Shown here piece after piece: positions 46,355 through 58,901 of a DNA stretch of 64,000 bases. Where the stretch lies: assembly GCA_051294905.1 (NCBI GenBank), contig CM119376.1, forward strand, positions 1,984,001 to 2,048,000, in the 5' to 3' direction. How positions within the stretch are numbered: the stretch's first letter is position 1; each line of letters opens with the position of its first letter. The translations under genes and the position numbers were made by a program. Below the pieces are notes generated by a model. It made no database searches. It was not told the DNA's origin and was given only the letters and a program-made list of their open reading frames with translations. This stretch comes from Botryllus schlosseri. Its lineage: Eukaryota.

Positions 46355-49300
46355 GGACGATTTTCATTTTTGCTCACGAGCGCCGCCATTATGGTCAAGG
46401 GATGGCGGTCGGTGAATCTTGCTTCGTGCGCGCAGATGGCAGTTTTGGAGTTCGTTTCGCTATTTATCTACGTGGGTTGTAGATATGATGCAGTTAAGGG
46501 TATCGATGCTAAATTAAGGTAAATAGCATGTTCATTATTGGCATGGAATCTTTTTTAGCGAAAAACAGCCGATTTCAGCCGTTTTACGAAGTTTTTCGGT
46601 ACTGGTTTGTGACAACTCACGAGAAGTCGAGAACATCATGGCATATCAGCTTGACTTCTAAGATAATAGTGCATATATATTTGTAAAATGGCTGTTCATA
46701 ACGGATATATTTATGTAATTTAAATTAGTGAATATATTCCTGTAATACAGTTTTATGTTTGATATGGACAGGTTGATTTCTTGCAAAGAACTTTTACGAT
46801 AAACAATCTATATTCTTATACTGTGTTGCCTGTGAGATAACAGACATGAATGCAGATGCGGGATCGTGGACTGTGACAGGAAGATCACACTATGATTGTT
46901 GTGTTCTGAAATGCAACAACGACTCAAGAAAGGCTATGAATCTACCTTTTCACATGAAGAAATGGATATAAAAAATTAGATCTGTAGTCGGGTTGAATTT
47001 TGAAGTGAGTAAATTACCAGAAGTGTTTCATTCCGATCATACTCTCTCCTGTTCTAACGTGATAATGTTGCTATTGATTTTTGTCTAGATAACTGGAAGT
47101 ACACGTGTTTGTGGGGAGCATTTTAATGACGAGGATTATAGAATGAAGTCTTGCGGACGTCACTATTTGAAAATTGGAGCAGTTCCTGGGATATTCAAGT
47201 GGACGAAGTCAACAACACCATCTAGAAGGGTGTTGCACAGGCATCAGAGGTGAGATCAATGTAAACTGACATGATATGAGGCTACAAATTACTTTCAATT
47301 CTTAACAATGACTGGTACATGGTAGATAGGTGAGTGAGAGGATTCCAATATTATTTAAAACTATTTCGCGAACTCGGCACATCAATTGGGTGGAAGGGAA
47401 AGTCCAATAACTACATGATACTGCCTTTCCAACAATATGTAGACTGTAGAGTGCATTGCAGCCAAAAATATAGCTTATACAACTCAGTATCAGGAAATAT
47501 GTCCAAGGTGTGCTTGGCCATTCTATAATCGCGTAAAAGTATTTCTGGTTATTATGATTAGTGCAGCAAAATCCCGAGCTCAAGCCCAAGCTGCTGTATC
47601 ACCTGAACAGCGACAAACATTATGACCGAACATTATTAGTGATATTAGTGTGTGGCAAGCTGACAGACATTTTATCCAATTCGGGTGACTGTTTACTTTA
47701 AATTTTTTTCTGCACTTGGTTATGCCACCAACACTAATTATTTATTGAATAACTGCCATTGTTAGTTGATCGTAAATATACCGTAACTATAAATGTTTTC
47801 ATTTCTGTCGGCATGTTATTAATGCATCTAACTGTATTTGTAGTGGACATCATACTCCAGAAGAAATTCCTGGTCCAAGTAGCACTGATCAGATTCCACA
47901 TCTACAACAGCCATTGTTGGATCATGCGTATTGTGAAGAAAAATCATCTAAAGCAAAGGGAATAATTCAGGATTTAAGTAATGAGCTGGAGAAGCTGATT
48001 TTGTGCACGATTAAAGGCATCTGATGATACATGTTTCCGTATTATTCTGGATTTTCAAGTTATGGATTGGTTTTGAAGTTTTTGATATAGTCTCATCAAC
48101 AGCTGCAACTGTTCCACTTTTATCAGCTGTTAAAAATTATCTCAGAAGTGATAGATTGAAGAATTTCAAGCAAAGGCAAATTCAAAAACTCTGCCATTGC
48201 AAGACGAACCGTTTTCATTTGTTAGTCGGATTCACCAAGGCTTTGGAGTGAAAGACCTTGGTGTTCGATTCAACTTGTCTACCGCATCTGTTAGCGGGTT
48301 ATCGATAACTTAGGCAAATTTTTCATATTTTACTCTTGAGAAATTGACAATTTGGGTGAGTAGAGAGAAAATTAGAGAACATATGCCCCGATCCTTCAGA
48401 TGAGGAAATTATGGTATCACACATGTTAATAATGCTTGATTGGTATCGCGCCATAGTGGCTACATACATACAAGCCTGATTGGTATCGCGCCACATGGCA
48501 ATAGTGGGTACATAAACACAAGTCCAGTCTGCTTTATATCGCTAATCCTTTCATTTTTTATCTGCTCAATAAACAAAACAAGTAACATTCAACAGTTCTG
48601 TTGGGCATTGTATATTGACAAATTTATCGGCCATTTGCTAGGAGCTAGCCAGTTATGCACAAAGCTATCCGGTACACAACTGGGAGTGAGCGGCTTGGTG
48701 TCCACCGCGGAGAACAAAGTCTTAACCCAGGTAAAATGAAAGATCTCCTGGTCGCCATGACCCTTTCATATCCCGCAAATGGGCAAAGGTGTCCTTGACA
48801 GTTCTAGTTTTATCAGATTTCGAAATATCCTTGTCGATCATCGATGGTCCGTGTCGTTGTGGCTGGTCGATGAGGCACATCTGCACCTGGAACATAAAAT
48901 ACTGCAGCAGTATCTGGTGCACTGGACAGTGGACAATCATCGTTCTGGGGCAGTGCAACTGGGAACATTGCAACGACAGCAATTTTTAGTCATATTGTAA
49001 AGCTTCGTATTTGTTTACTACTAAACAATTTGTTGACTAGTTATTTGATTCAACAATTTTTTGTTTTGACGATATGCAATATCAAGCATTGACCCCAACA
49101 ACACTGCTGATACTGACATTCTCAAACTCATCACGATCACAGATGATACTTGCAAAGTCACGAAGTCTAATTCTCAAAGCCAGTTAGGAGCCTATAATTT
49201 GAGTGCTTGAATAAATACCAAGGACCTATGCTAGTATAAATTACAACATGCCTCTAAAATCTCATATGTAAGATTCAGCGAATAATTTATAGCCTTTGCT

Positions 49301-49715
49301 ATTTCCATTACCTCTCGATTCACTGGCAATCCTAACTACGTCGGCAAAACTGAACTCTGGTAGATCCGTCAACAAGTAAGAAAATACAAGCTCCATACAT
49401 TGCTGTGTAAATTGTTACTGTTACTAGAGACATCAGAAGAGAACTCAGCAGCAGTTCAGTTAAAGCAAAAATACTGTCCCACGCTAAGGCTTCTCAAACA
49501 GCTATAATGAAGAAGTAAGGTCTGGATTTCGCTAGCAATGACATGAAATCAGGCATTAGTAGTGTTGCAATAACCAACAACTCACGCATCCGCAGTAACG
49601 AGTCGCCATAAAGGGAAAAGAACTGCAATATTTCTGCACACAATGGTAGCCTTATGGAGGCAAAATTACCACCGCCATCCCTCCATAGGGGGCGCTAGAG
49701 CGGTGAGAATCGTCC
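46355..49715 (+). mobile_element. ISL2EU-type (PHIS group) DNA transposon, decayed
   Basis: Imperfect ~60-bp TIRs starting GGACGATT..., each flanked by AT (46353-46354, 49716-49717); THAP and transposase remnants inside. Confidence 0.8.
46886..48420 (+). pseudogene. THAP domain (two exons, GT-AG intron ~47005-47089) and HTH part of an ISL2EU transposase
   Basis: CCVLKCNN...KKWI / RVCGEHF...GAVPGIF THAP signature; later DLGVRFNLSTASVS...TW...LTIWVSREKIREHMPRSF. Confidence 0.8.
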
Positions 49716-51107
49716 ATTGGAATTCAATCCTGTGTATGATCGTGTATTGCTGTGAGGATGTGCGAACTTAAATAGAGGAACGCATCCCAGAACGCCGTTA
49801 TATTCTGCGAAGTGTGAACAATCTTCGCGACGCGAGCTAGTCAATTTGATGCCCCAACCACATTGCGTTGGATATAATAGAGAGGAAATAGTGATTGAAT
49901 GCGCGCTTTCCCGTATATAATCATCGGTTTTGTGCATTTATTCTTGTCTGCTTGAAACAGTAGTATTCCTGAATTGTCACGCAATGAGCGTGTATAGTTT
50001 AATTCGTTACTGACTCGGTGCACTGCACACCAGATTCTTAGTGGCACTAGTTCTGCACACCGGACGGACTGGTAATGAGCGCATCAATATAGAATTTCAA
50101 CCCGTTGTCCATGAGTAGGCCCTATTTGGTAGAAGGCGGAGTTCTGGTCGCGACATGCGCTCATGTTGTGCTTGCTGCAGTTACACTTGAACAACCTCAC
50201 AATTTAAAGACTATAGTCAGCTGTATGGCTTGATATGATCAAGTACTGCGCCGGTATTAAAACGTCGCATTCGTTTTTTGATGCGGTACGCAGCAATACC
50301 GTGGAGTGAGTTCTCATGCGACTATGACGCTTTCGACAGTCAAAATGGAGTAATTATGACGTCACAGGACTGTGCATACCCATTACCCACATAAAATAAC
50401 GGTTGCGCGCGACGGCCCCCAGCGCAACGGTAGTTATTGACTACATGGCGGAGCCATTCGATAGCTTATGGAGCCCGAGCTGGAGCCGGAGCGGAGGTAT
50501 CAATGAGCTCCGGAGCTCGGAGCTGGAGCGGTTAAAAATTTGTGCCAGCTCTAAAGTACTGGTGCACGGAGTCACGAACGGCAGTAAACAAAGCACGGTT
50601 ACGGTACAACAGACACAAAATCGACTGTTACATTATAGATAACTAACCTACGGATAGATGGGCAACACGTGATTCACGGTCGAGAGACCGGATGCTCGTC
50701 AGATTTGTTGTCGCTTCATAGCATGAAGCGGGCAAAGCGGCAGGTTGTCGGCCAGATCGACTGTTAAAAATGCAGGTATGTTTGGTGTGGATAGGATATA
50801 GGGCAATCAGAACAGGTTATTTAGTGATACAGTACATAGCCACTGGCGCGGCTATCAAAGCATTAATATCAGGAGTATATTTAAGGAGCCAAAGAAGTCA
50901 TGATATTCACTCTTATTATTCAGGTTATCAATTGGTTTCAATATTGAATCCAGCTGCATGAGGTTTCCTTGAAATAGTTTGGTTTGTATAATCATAGATA
51001 GGTTTTGGTATGTATTGATAAATAAAGAGAAAAAGTTAGTCGATGTATCTGCTTTACCTGTGACAGACTTGTTGGATATCAACAGGAATATTTTTTTCAG
51101 TTACAGT

Positions 51108-52408
51108 ATGTCAAAATTAAGGTTTAGTTTGGCTAAATTAAGGTTTAGTTTGGCTGACTAGAGCCGAGCCCGTCTTATGACTCTGTGGCTGACTAGAGCC
51201 GAGCCGTCTTATGACTCTTGTAAGTGCAAAGCTGGATGTACTTAGATAAAAGAAATGATGAAGTTCTATCCAAAGGAAAAATGATGCATGGGAAGATCTT
51301 GCCATTCAATACAATTCCTTCCCGGATGCTCGAAAGGTATCATCCAAGCAGCTTAAAAAATGTTGGACTAACATGAAGACGAGGTAAGCTTTTTGATGGA
51401 ATTCTAGGAATGTGCCAGGCCAGTTCTAATGCGTATGCATTTCATCAGATCGAAAGACGATATTACAGAGGGACGGGCCCACATGGCGGCAACTGGAGGC
51501 CCTCCAACCAAGGCAGTACCATATATGTCACAGATGATACATATCATAATACCAGAACAATTCGAGCCACATCTTCATCAGCATCTTCGGGTACAGTATG
51601 CCATAATAATGGACACTTATGGATAAAAGCACCATATTAAGCACAAGCAGTGATCCCAACAAATTAGTATAGTCAACGGTATTCGCTGTTGATATGTGAG
51701 CATCCCTGACTCTGGTTATGTAGGTTTTGCTGCGTGTTGGGTTACCGCTTAGCTGTAAAACCTCCAAAATCGCTCCATCTAAAAAACTGTAAAACCATAT
51801 TTTCGCAAACCCGAAAGCTAACACTGACCAGAATTAGCAAAGCACAGTGATTGATAGTCGTGAGGACCATAGCCAGTCGATGGTGATCAGGGTCTAGGAC
51901 ATATCCTCGATGTGGTGTGGTCATCGATATTGTTTATTTATTAATGAGCGTTAACTAAAATCTGTGTAAATATATACGGATACATGACTAACATGAGCAT
52001 AGCTTCATAAGCATACCGTATAGAAGTTATTAGAATTTAAACACAATTGCTATGCAATGAGGGCTTTCTATATCATATGTCCCTATTTCAGATGTGATTT
52101 TCACGACTGCAACTCCGGTGGTAAAAGAAACGGAAAAGACAGGGTTGCCAAGAAAGAAACCAAAAAGAGCTGAAGTTAATAACTTCATATCGGATACCAT
52201 GTTCTTGGAGCATGAGCTGAAAGTGGAAAAGATTGAATTAGAAATTGACTGCTTGCAACACCAAAGGCTCTTAGTGGAGGAGCAGCAGTCCCTTGCTGAT
52301 CTGCAGTTGGTACTTGTGACCAAGCACCTGTTGATAGCAGATGCAAGGCAAAAGCTTGAAGGCTCGCCTTCACCAGATCTAGTAGAAACTAGTCTACCTA
52401 CTTTATAA
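51108..52408 (+). pseudogene. Myb/SANT-like DNA-binding protein of Harbinger type (spliced, decayed)
   Basis: KNDAWEDLAIQYNS...KQLKKCWTNMKT at ~51275-51385 followed by GTAAG; coiled-coil C-terminal exon EHELKVEKIELEI at ~52094-52408. Confidence 0.7.
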
Positions 52409-52817
52409 AAGCTCTCAATTTAAGATTCATTTCTTCTGCTTGCAGCACCGTGATGTAAACTCTTTTTGTGGTATTCCCATTATCGATAGTTACTATGCCT
52501 CTAATTGCAGCACCAAGACATGAATACGTTTCTTTTGCTATTCCCATTTAACTGCTTAAGCCTCGACTTGCAACACCGCACCGCGATATTAATGCTTTTT
52601 TTTTGCTATGGCCATGGCCATGTAACTGGGCATTATTGATAGGTTCTGTTCTGTTCCACTTATTTCTTTCTACGCTGTTTCCATTTCGTTCGGTTTTATA
52701 CAAGTTTCACCGCAGTTTCTTTATTTATGATAACAAATTAAATTGTTCCATTTCGTTCGGTTTTATACAAGTTTCACCGCAGTTTCTTTATTTATGATAA
52801 CAAATTAAATTGTATTC

Positions 52818-53929
52818 CTAAAGTGGGTTTCTACGATCCGGCGTCTCTGAGCTAGGTAGGCCTCTCAGGGATCCTCGTACATCTCTTGGTGCCTCTACAA
52901 CTTCTTGCCGGATGACAGGGACATCAGTTTCATTGTTGATAATGCAACTAAATTTGAAGGGAGTTAAGCGCTTGATATTAAAAAAATCATGAAATATATT
53001 ACCTGTGTTTTCTGGCATAGTTGTATAACACTGCTGTTGCAACAATCAAAGCCATTGCTGTGTCGACATTTATCCGTAGACCCAGTGATAAGCAGGGAAA
53101 CACGCTCTTCCACACTCCAAAAAATCCGTTCTATGGTTATTCTGGAGGATATTTGAATCTTGTTATATCGACGTTCAGCAGCTATTTGTCATAAAATCGT
53201 GAGGCCTCATTGGCTGCAACTTCACTTTGTGGGAATTTGATGTATGTTGAGCTTTTGTGAGCTATGGCAATACTGTCCAGGTTCATGTTCCAGCTCCCCA
53301 ACAACAACTTGAAAGCTTCCTGTGGCGTAAGAGTGCAAAACAACAAGGAACTTCAACAACGGGGGCAGGGGTTGACCTTTGTTGGATGGGTTGGTAAGGT
53401 CACACTGTAGGACCTCCATAAATCCACTAACACCGGCTTTCGTTAAGCCTATAGCGATCAGAAAACAGTTCCTCAGTGAGGAATTCCAAGGGATTATCAA
53501 AATCTGTAAGTTACTTCTGTACTTGCTGCAGCCTGTTTCCATCCACTTGCATGTAATATTCTAACATATCTATGTCAATATCCATTTTATCTGAAAGGAA
53601 TGAAACACGTACCGTATGCCTGTCTGCCGATATGGAATCGGTGCCTCGTGCACACCAAAGATCCTACTAATTGTACACGCGGTGTGATACTGCACACCAA
53701 ATATATTACGCTAAACATACCGGGATTCCAACCCTGGAGGGTATCTTGACATTTCATATCGAGCGAACGCACAATAGCGAATAATGCCAGACATGTCGAA
53801 AATGTCTTTGAATATGAAGCCTCTACTCCAATGGAGTTCAACGAAGCCTTTACTCCGTTGCGCAAGACTTGAGTTTGAGGCGTCTCTGATTACTGGCCTA
53901 GTCAGTAATTCGAAATCTAATTTTCCCAT
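52818..53929 (-). pseudogene. HARBI1-like DDE nuclease, decayed and internally deleted
   Basis: N-terminal RPVIRDASN, LPPLLKFLVVLHSYATGSFQVVVG, and ITIER.FGVWKSVFPCL at ~53090-53145. Confidence 0.8.
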
Positions 53930-54399
53930 CTTAATTATGCCTGGTTATGAAAACGTCTTCTCTTCATTTATCAATATATAATAAAACCTATCTATGAATA
54001 TACAAACCAAACTATTTCAAGGAAACCTCAGCTGGATTCAATATTGAAACCAATTGTTAACCTGAATAATAAGAGTGAATATCATGACTTCTTTTGCTCC
54101 TTAAATATACTCCTGATATTAATGCTTTGATAGCCGCGCCAGTGGCTATGTACTGTATCACTAAATAACCTGTTCTGATTGCCCTATATCCTATTCGCAC
54201 CAAACATACCTGCATTTCTAACAGTCAATCTGGCCGACAACCTGCCGCTTTGCCCGCTTTATGCTATGAAGCGACAACAAATCTGACGAGCATCCGGTCT
54301 CTCGACCGTGAATCACGTGTTGCCCATCTATCCGTAGGTTAGTTATCTATAGTTACATAGCCGAGTAACAACACAACACCAATGATATATTCTCACCGT

Positions 54400-54922
54400 A
54401 TAGAGATGTTCCTTCTGGTGGCTTTTGCAGCTTTATAATGATAGATTCGAGAACCTTTAAATGAAAAAGAGAATGACCAGGAGCAACTATGGAAAACTTA
54501 TTGCTAAAATATTTTGCGCACTCGGGTGTTTCAGGAGGTGCTGTCCGATGGCAGAATTACATGCTTTTATTTGATCATAATCACGCATCGTAACTAGAGA
54601 CTGTGATGATGAAGAATATATGTCATCAGCCTGCGAATTCCTAATTTGACGTGGGACGTGTTGACGAATTCTTTGTTGCAAACGCTGAGATATTCGACCC
54701 ACATACCGACTGTCGCATCGGTACGTATATATATTGGTAAATTGTGTTACTCTGATGAATCGCAGGAAACACATCTTTTCGCGTTGCTGGTAGTAAAGAT
54801 TTCGTAGCGAATATTACTCGGGGTTCCACTTGTGGAAAAGAATGACTCCATGAGAACCTAATTTGTTTTTCAAACCTGTTACAAGCTGTAAAAACTTCGC
54901 GAATTTTCAACAGCAGAAATCA
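54400..54922 (-). mobile_element. Penelope-like element remnant (GIY-YIG endonuclease region)
   Basis: KDVFPAIHQSNTIYQY / CDSRYVGRISQRLQQRIRQH / SAIGQHLLKHP, across a frameshift. Confidence 0.8.
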
Positions 54923-55507
54923 CAGTGGCGGCTCGTCCTATAGGGCAACTAGGCATTGCCCCACCTAAAATTCTGTTCAATAACAATTCTTTACCATTTA
55001 TAGACGCACAGCAATCTATATATACCGAAATCACAGCGAAAATCGTATTCTTCTTGTCCTTTCGCTTGTAAATGTCCAATTGCCCATATATAGCGAAGTC
55101 TCTGCGAAAATCGAATTCTCTTCCGTGTTTGCGCTTTGCGAATGCCTAGCCGTGGCATGCCCCGGTAGCGCTCATAACAAGCTTTCACTGTCTATTCTCT
55201 CAAAGCCGCGCACAGTAGAGAAACAGTGATTTAGGGTGCGTTCTAGGTGCGGTTCCGTGCCAAAAGTTTTCAAGTCTAATGCTGAAAACACCTCACTACG
55301 AACGCAAGGCCTGTTTTCACTACCACTACGAACGGCAAGTGTTTTGGCAATTATTTTGTGGAACTGGTCACTTGGAACGGAGAGTGGAGACGTGATTTCG
55401 ACAACCGTGATTGCCAAACCGGCGTCGAAGCTATGTCGTTCGTAGTGCTGGCCGTGTTCCATGGCTGTGCTGGTATAGAGACCGTAGTCAGACAGTATAG
55501 TAACAAT

Positions 55508-56361
55508 TAGCGTTGGGACCCCGGGAAATCCCGATCCCGGGATCCCGGGATTGGTCCCGATGAAATCCCGGGATTTGTGAACAGCATCTACCAAGGCTTA
55601 TGTAGCGCCATATCTCTTATTTTGGTAATAAAGCAGTGCCACAAACTCGGCTGATTGTGTATAACAGTGGCCTCAAACACGCGGCCCGCCAGAACTGTTT
55701 TTGCCGCCCACGTCGGCGTTTTGACTTTTCAAGCATTCGACAATATTAAACTCGAAAATTTCAGATTTCGGATTTGAGAACTTGAAATTTCATTCTGAAA
55801 CCACTCCAAAAACCTGAATCGCATCCACTAGCTGCTAAATTATAATGCGACAGCTTTTACGATGACACGATGCATTTGTCGTCTCGCATGGTTTCTAACT
55901 GTCTATATAACTCCGTATGTCGCCAAATTATGCCAAGCACAACAATATTTTTAAAAAATATTGAAAAATATGACTTTTTCGTGGCAACCGTGAATATTAC
56001 AATGGTGTATTACATTTTCACAATGTGTATGGAATGCCAATCTGCAAGGTCCGACAAAAAAGGCGTACTGGCAAATACATATTATACCCCTATTTGATGC
56101 TGCTGCCCGCCGCGTCATCAAAAACTACGAAATTGGCTCGCGAGCAAATTGGAGTTTGGGACCCCTGATCTAAACGATGATACTCTTGATGCTCTTATGT
56201 TTTGCGTCAATTCAATATCACAAGGACTAAATGTTATTTGTGTAACTTGTAGGTGTATTTTACTACTTTTCTAATCCCGGGGAATCCCGGGATTGAGGAG
56301 CGAAAATCCCGGGAAATCCCGATCCCGGGATTTCAAATTTGATCCCGAAGTCCCAACCCTA
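55508..56361. mobile_element. hAT MITE with ATCCCGGGA subterminal repeats
   Basis: TIR TAG(C/G)GTTGGGAC; exact 8-bp TSD GTAACAAT (55500-55507, 56362-56369). Confidence 0.92.
55665..56167. mobile_element. Charlie-like hAT MITE nested in 55508-56361
   Basis: Ends CAGTGGCCTCAAAC / GTTTGGGACCCCTG; the flanks have central TA but do not match; related inverted copy starts at 61119. Confidence 0.6.
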
Positions 56362-58901
56362 GTAACAATAGTGCATTGGCGTTCTGTAGATGCTAGGTAT
56401 GGTAGGTTTTGATAGTCGGTGATATACAAATGGCTTGCTTGGTTACAGTAACTTTCTCAACTTTTTTACAGTAATTGAGTATTTACCATGTATGTGTGAT
56501 CCGCAATTCAGCAATATTAAGCAAGAAGTACCGGTAGTCAAAATCAATGCACGACAGAATCAGCATCCGTATATGTATGCGACAATTGACATTTTGAGTG
56601 GAAGAACATCACGTCGTAAGAAGATGAATTGTGACACCGAGAATAAATGCCTGGCAGAACAATAAATGTCTGTCTCTTCTAACTAGGTAAGCGAATGTAG
56701 GCTATCAGAGTAGATGGTGCAGTAAAATTCTTGGTAATGTCCCTATCAGAAGAAATTGCTGCCAAGTGCCTTCCTGATAAATTGTCATTGAACAGTAAAA
56801 ATTTAAAATTGACTATAAAGTCACTGATCTGAAATGATTTATATCGTTCTTGCTTTAGAACCGGTATTCAATTTTCAAAAATCCTCCATCTGGCCAGTCT
56901 GTAAAATATTATCTCATTTATTCCAGAAACACAGCTCAGTAAGAATGGTTGTTGAACAAGCTATGTTTCGTCTCAAATCACTCTGGCTATTGATATTTAG
57001 AAGATGTGACGCTAGTCCGACCAACACACGGCTGATAATTGTGGCTTGTGAAACGCTTACATATCGCAAGAGACCTGATTCAAGATCTGGATGCAGTTGA
57101 TGCAGATGGATGCAACCACTTGGAAAAGATGCTGAAACTCATTTGAATTTGGATCCTGATGTAGCTGCAACCATATGTTTACATCATATGCTGCTTTATT
57201 TGCTAATTTTCATATCTCAATTTTCAATTTTTACCAATGAAACCTCAACCCCTGTTTGTATGTGATGTTAAATAGCATCAGTATCTTTAATCCGTGGTGC
57301 GAAATGGTAAAAAGTAGGTTCACTGAAAGATGCTTTAATTGAGCAGTTATTGAGGAAGAATGTTCTCAGTATAGCTTCAAATAGGGTTCCATCATCTTCG
57401 AGGATGGCTGCAACAACGCTGTAAAAAAGATACCACATGAAATTACTCTGCACCTTCCTTGACTCATGCCAGGGATATCTCTGGCGCAGAACGTCCTGAG
57501 GCATCTGCAGTGCTGTAGTGTGCGCCGACTACTTCCTAAAATTATACAAGTGGTCAAGAGTTATTGTCAAATGTATTAAAACTCAGTTTGTCATGGCTAA
57601 TTAAAATGACTGATCGCGCATTGTAATACACGACTATGGTTGTGCTTGCATCAGCATCTCCATCATCTTGGCACTTACTAATGGATTCAAAATTAATTTA
57701 ACATTTCCAATTATCCTAGAAAGAATCTTAATGCATGATGATTTCACATAACCGCTGACTGATATAAGCCTATTCTTTCGTTACTTAGAAAGCCATCCAA
57801 CAATCTGGGCTTCCATATATATTCTACATTGATTTATGAGAAATTGAGCTGCTAGCTTGAAAATGTCACCATTCTTCAGAATTGATGTATTCATACTCTG
57901 TATCTCAGGTTTGGTTGAACCAAGCTATTACCAACCGCATCACTCCCCTTTCGCTCCCAATCGTACCCCTTGAGATCTCCACACTGATATAGCCTATTTT
58001 CAAATGTGTGAAATAAAAACACTCTCTGCAAAACATATCATTACTATATAAACTAGGGTACTCCGGGATATTCAGTAGGCCTATAGGCCTATATATATCC
58101 CTACAAACTACCATATACAATACATAACTTAGATATATGCTCTTTTGCCATGACAAATCCACTCAATAGAACCACTATTCAATAACTGCCACCTCCATGA
58201 CCAATATTACTAATGTCGACCCGCTCCTGCCACCTGAAACAGGTAGTTTCGCGTCAGCAACAAGCACGAAAACACACGTTCGTAGTACCCCGCTAGCACG
58301 AAAATAATATCGCGTTTCGCGCCACTACGAACGCCCTCCGTAGTCGAGCGAGACCCACTACGAACGATCGGGTTTTCGAGACCATCGGTGCGAAAACTAC
58401 AAGTCGGAACGGGGTAAGTGTGAAACCGCTACCGAAATCAGGCTCACTTCGAACGGTCGTGTTTTCGCAACTGGTTTTGAAATCATTTCGAAAACATCAC
58501 CTAGATCGCACCCTTACCTTACCTTATATCTGAACTCGGTTACCGTCCCATGCGTTTAGTCGACCATGGCCGGTATAGGTCGATTTTGATGGTGTTTCAC
58601 ACCATGATAATTCTTGAAACTTGGTATGTCATGTCGTGATGGTGGTATTTAACACTGTCGCAAGTTTCAGGGTTTCTACTTAAAGTTTAGCGTAGTAATT
58701 CCGTTTCCGGAGTTGAGTGTGTGCTGATCCGTCATGTATCGCAAACAGATTTTACTCAAAAGCCGGTATTGGTATCCATTGATTCTGACGATGTTCCCTG
58801 CCGAAATCGGTCATGACATTTGGTACAGTAAGTCTTAATGTTAGTATCGAACGCTGTATCAAGTTTCAAGTTTGTCACTGAACTATGTTAGTGGTAATTT
58901 C

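Larger units (their letters stand above)
50634..54351. mobile_element. Harbinger-type two-gene element with ~400-bp TIRs and an apparent 7-bp TSD
   Basis: Long inverted repeats at 50634-~51033 and ~53957-54351; GTTACAT directly flanks both ends (50627-50633, 54352-54358); convergent Myb/SANT and HARBI1-like remnants. Confidence 0.82.
55234..58513. mobile_element. PIF/Harbinger transposon, decayed
   Basis: 16-bp TIR GGGTGCG(T/A)TCTAGGTG; TTA TSD (55231-55233, 58514-58516); nuclease remnant SSVRMVVEQAMFRLKSLW...IIVAC at ~56930-57060. Confidence 0.9.

Noticed and set aside
50440-50570. GGAGC-repeat cluster
   Set aside because: It probably is the subterminal part of a decayed MITE, but neither the partner end nor a TSD could be found.
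54763-54781. CTGATGA...GAAAC hammerhead-like core in the Penelope remnant
   Set aside because: Stem II cannot pair, and it lies antisense within coding sequence.
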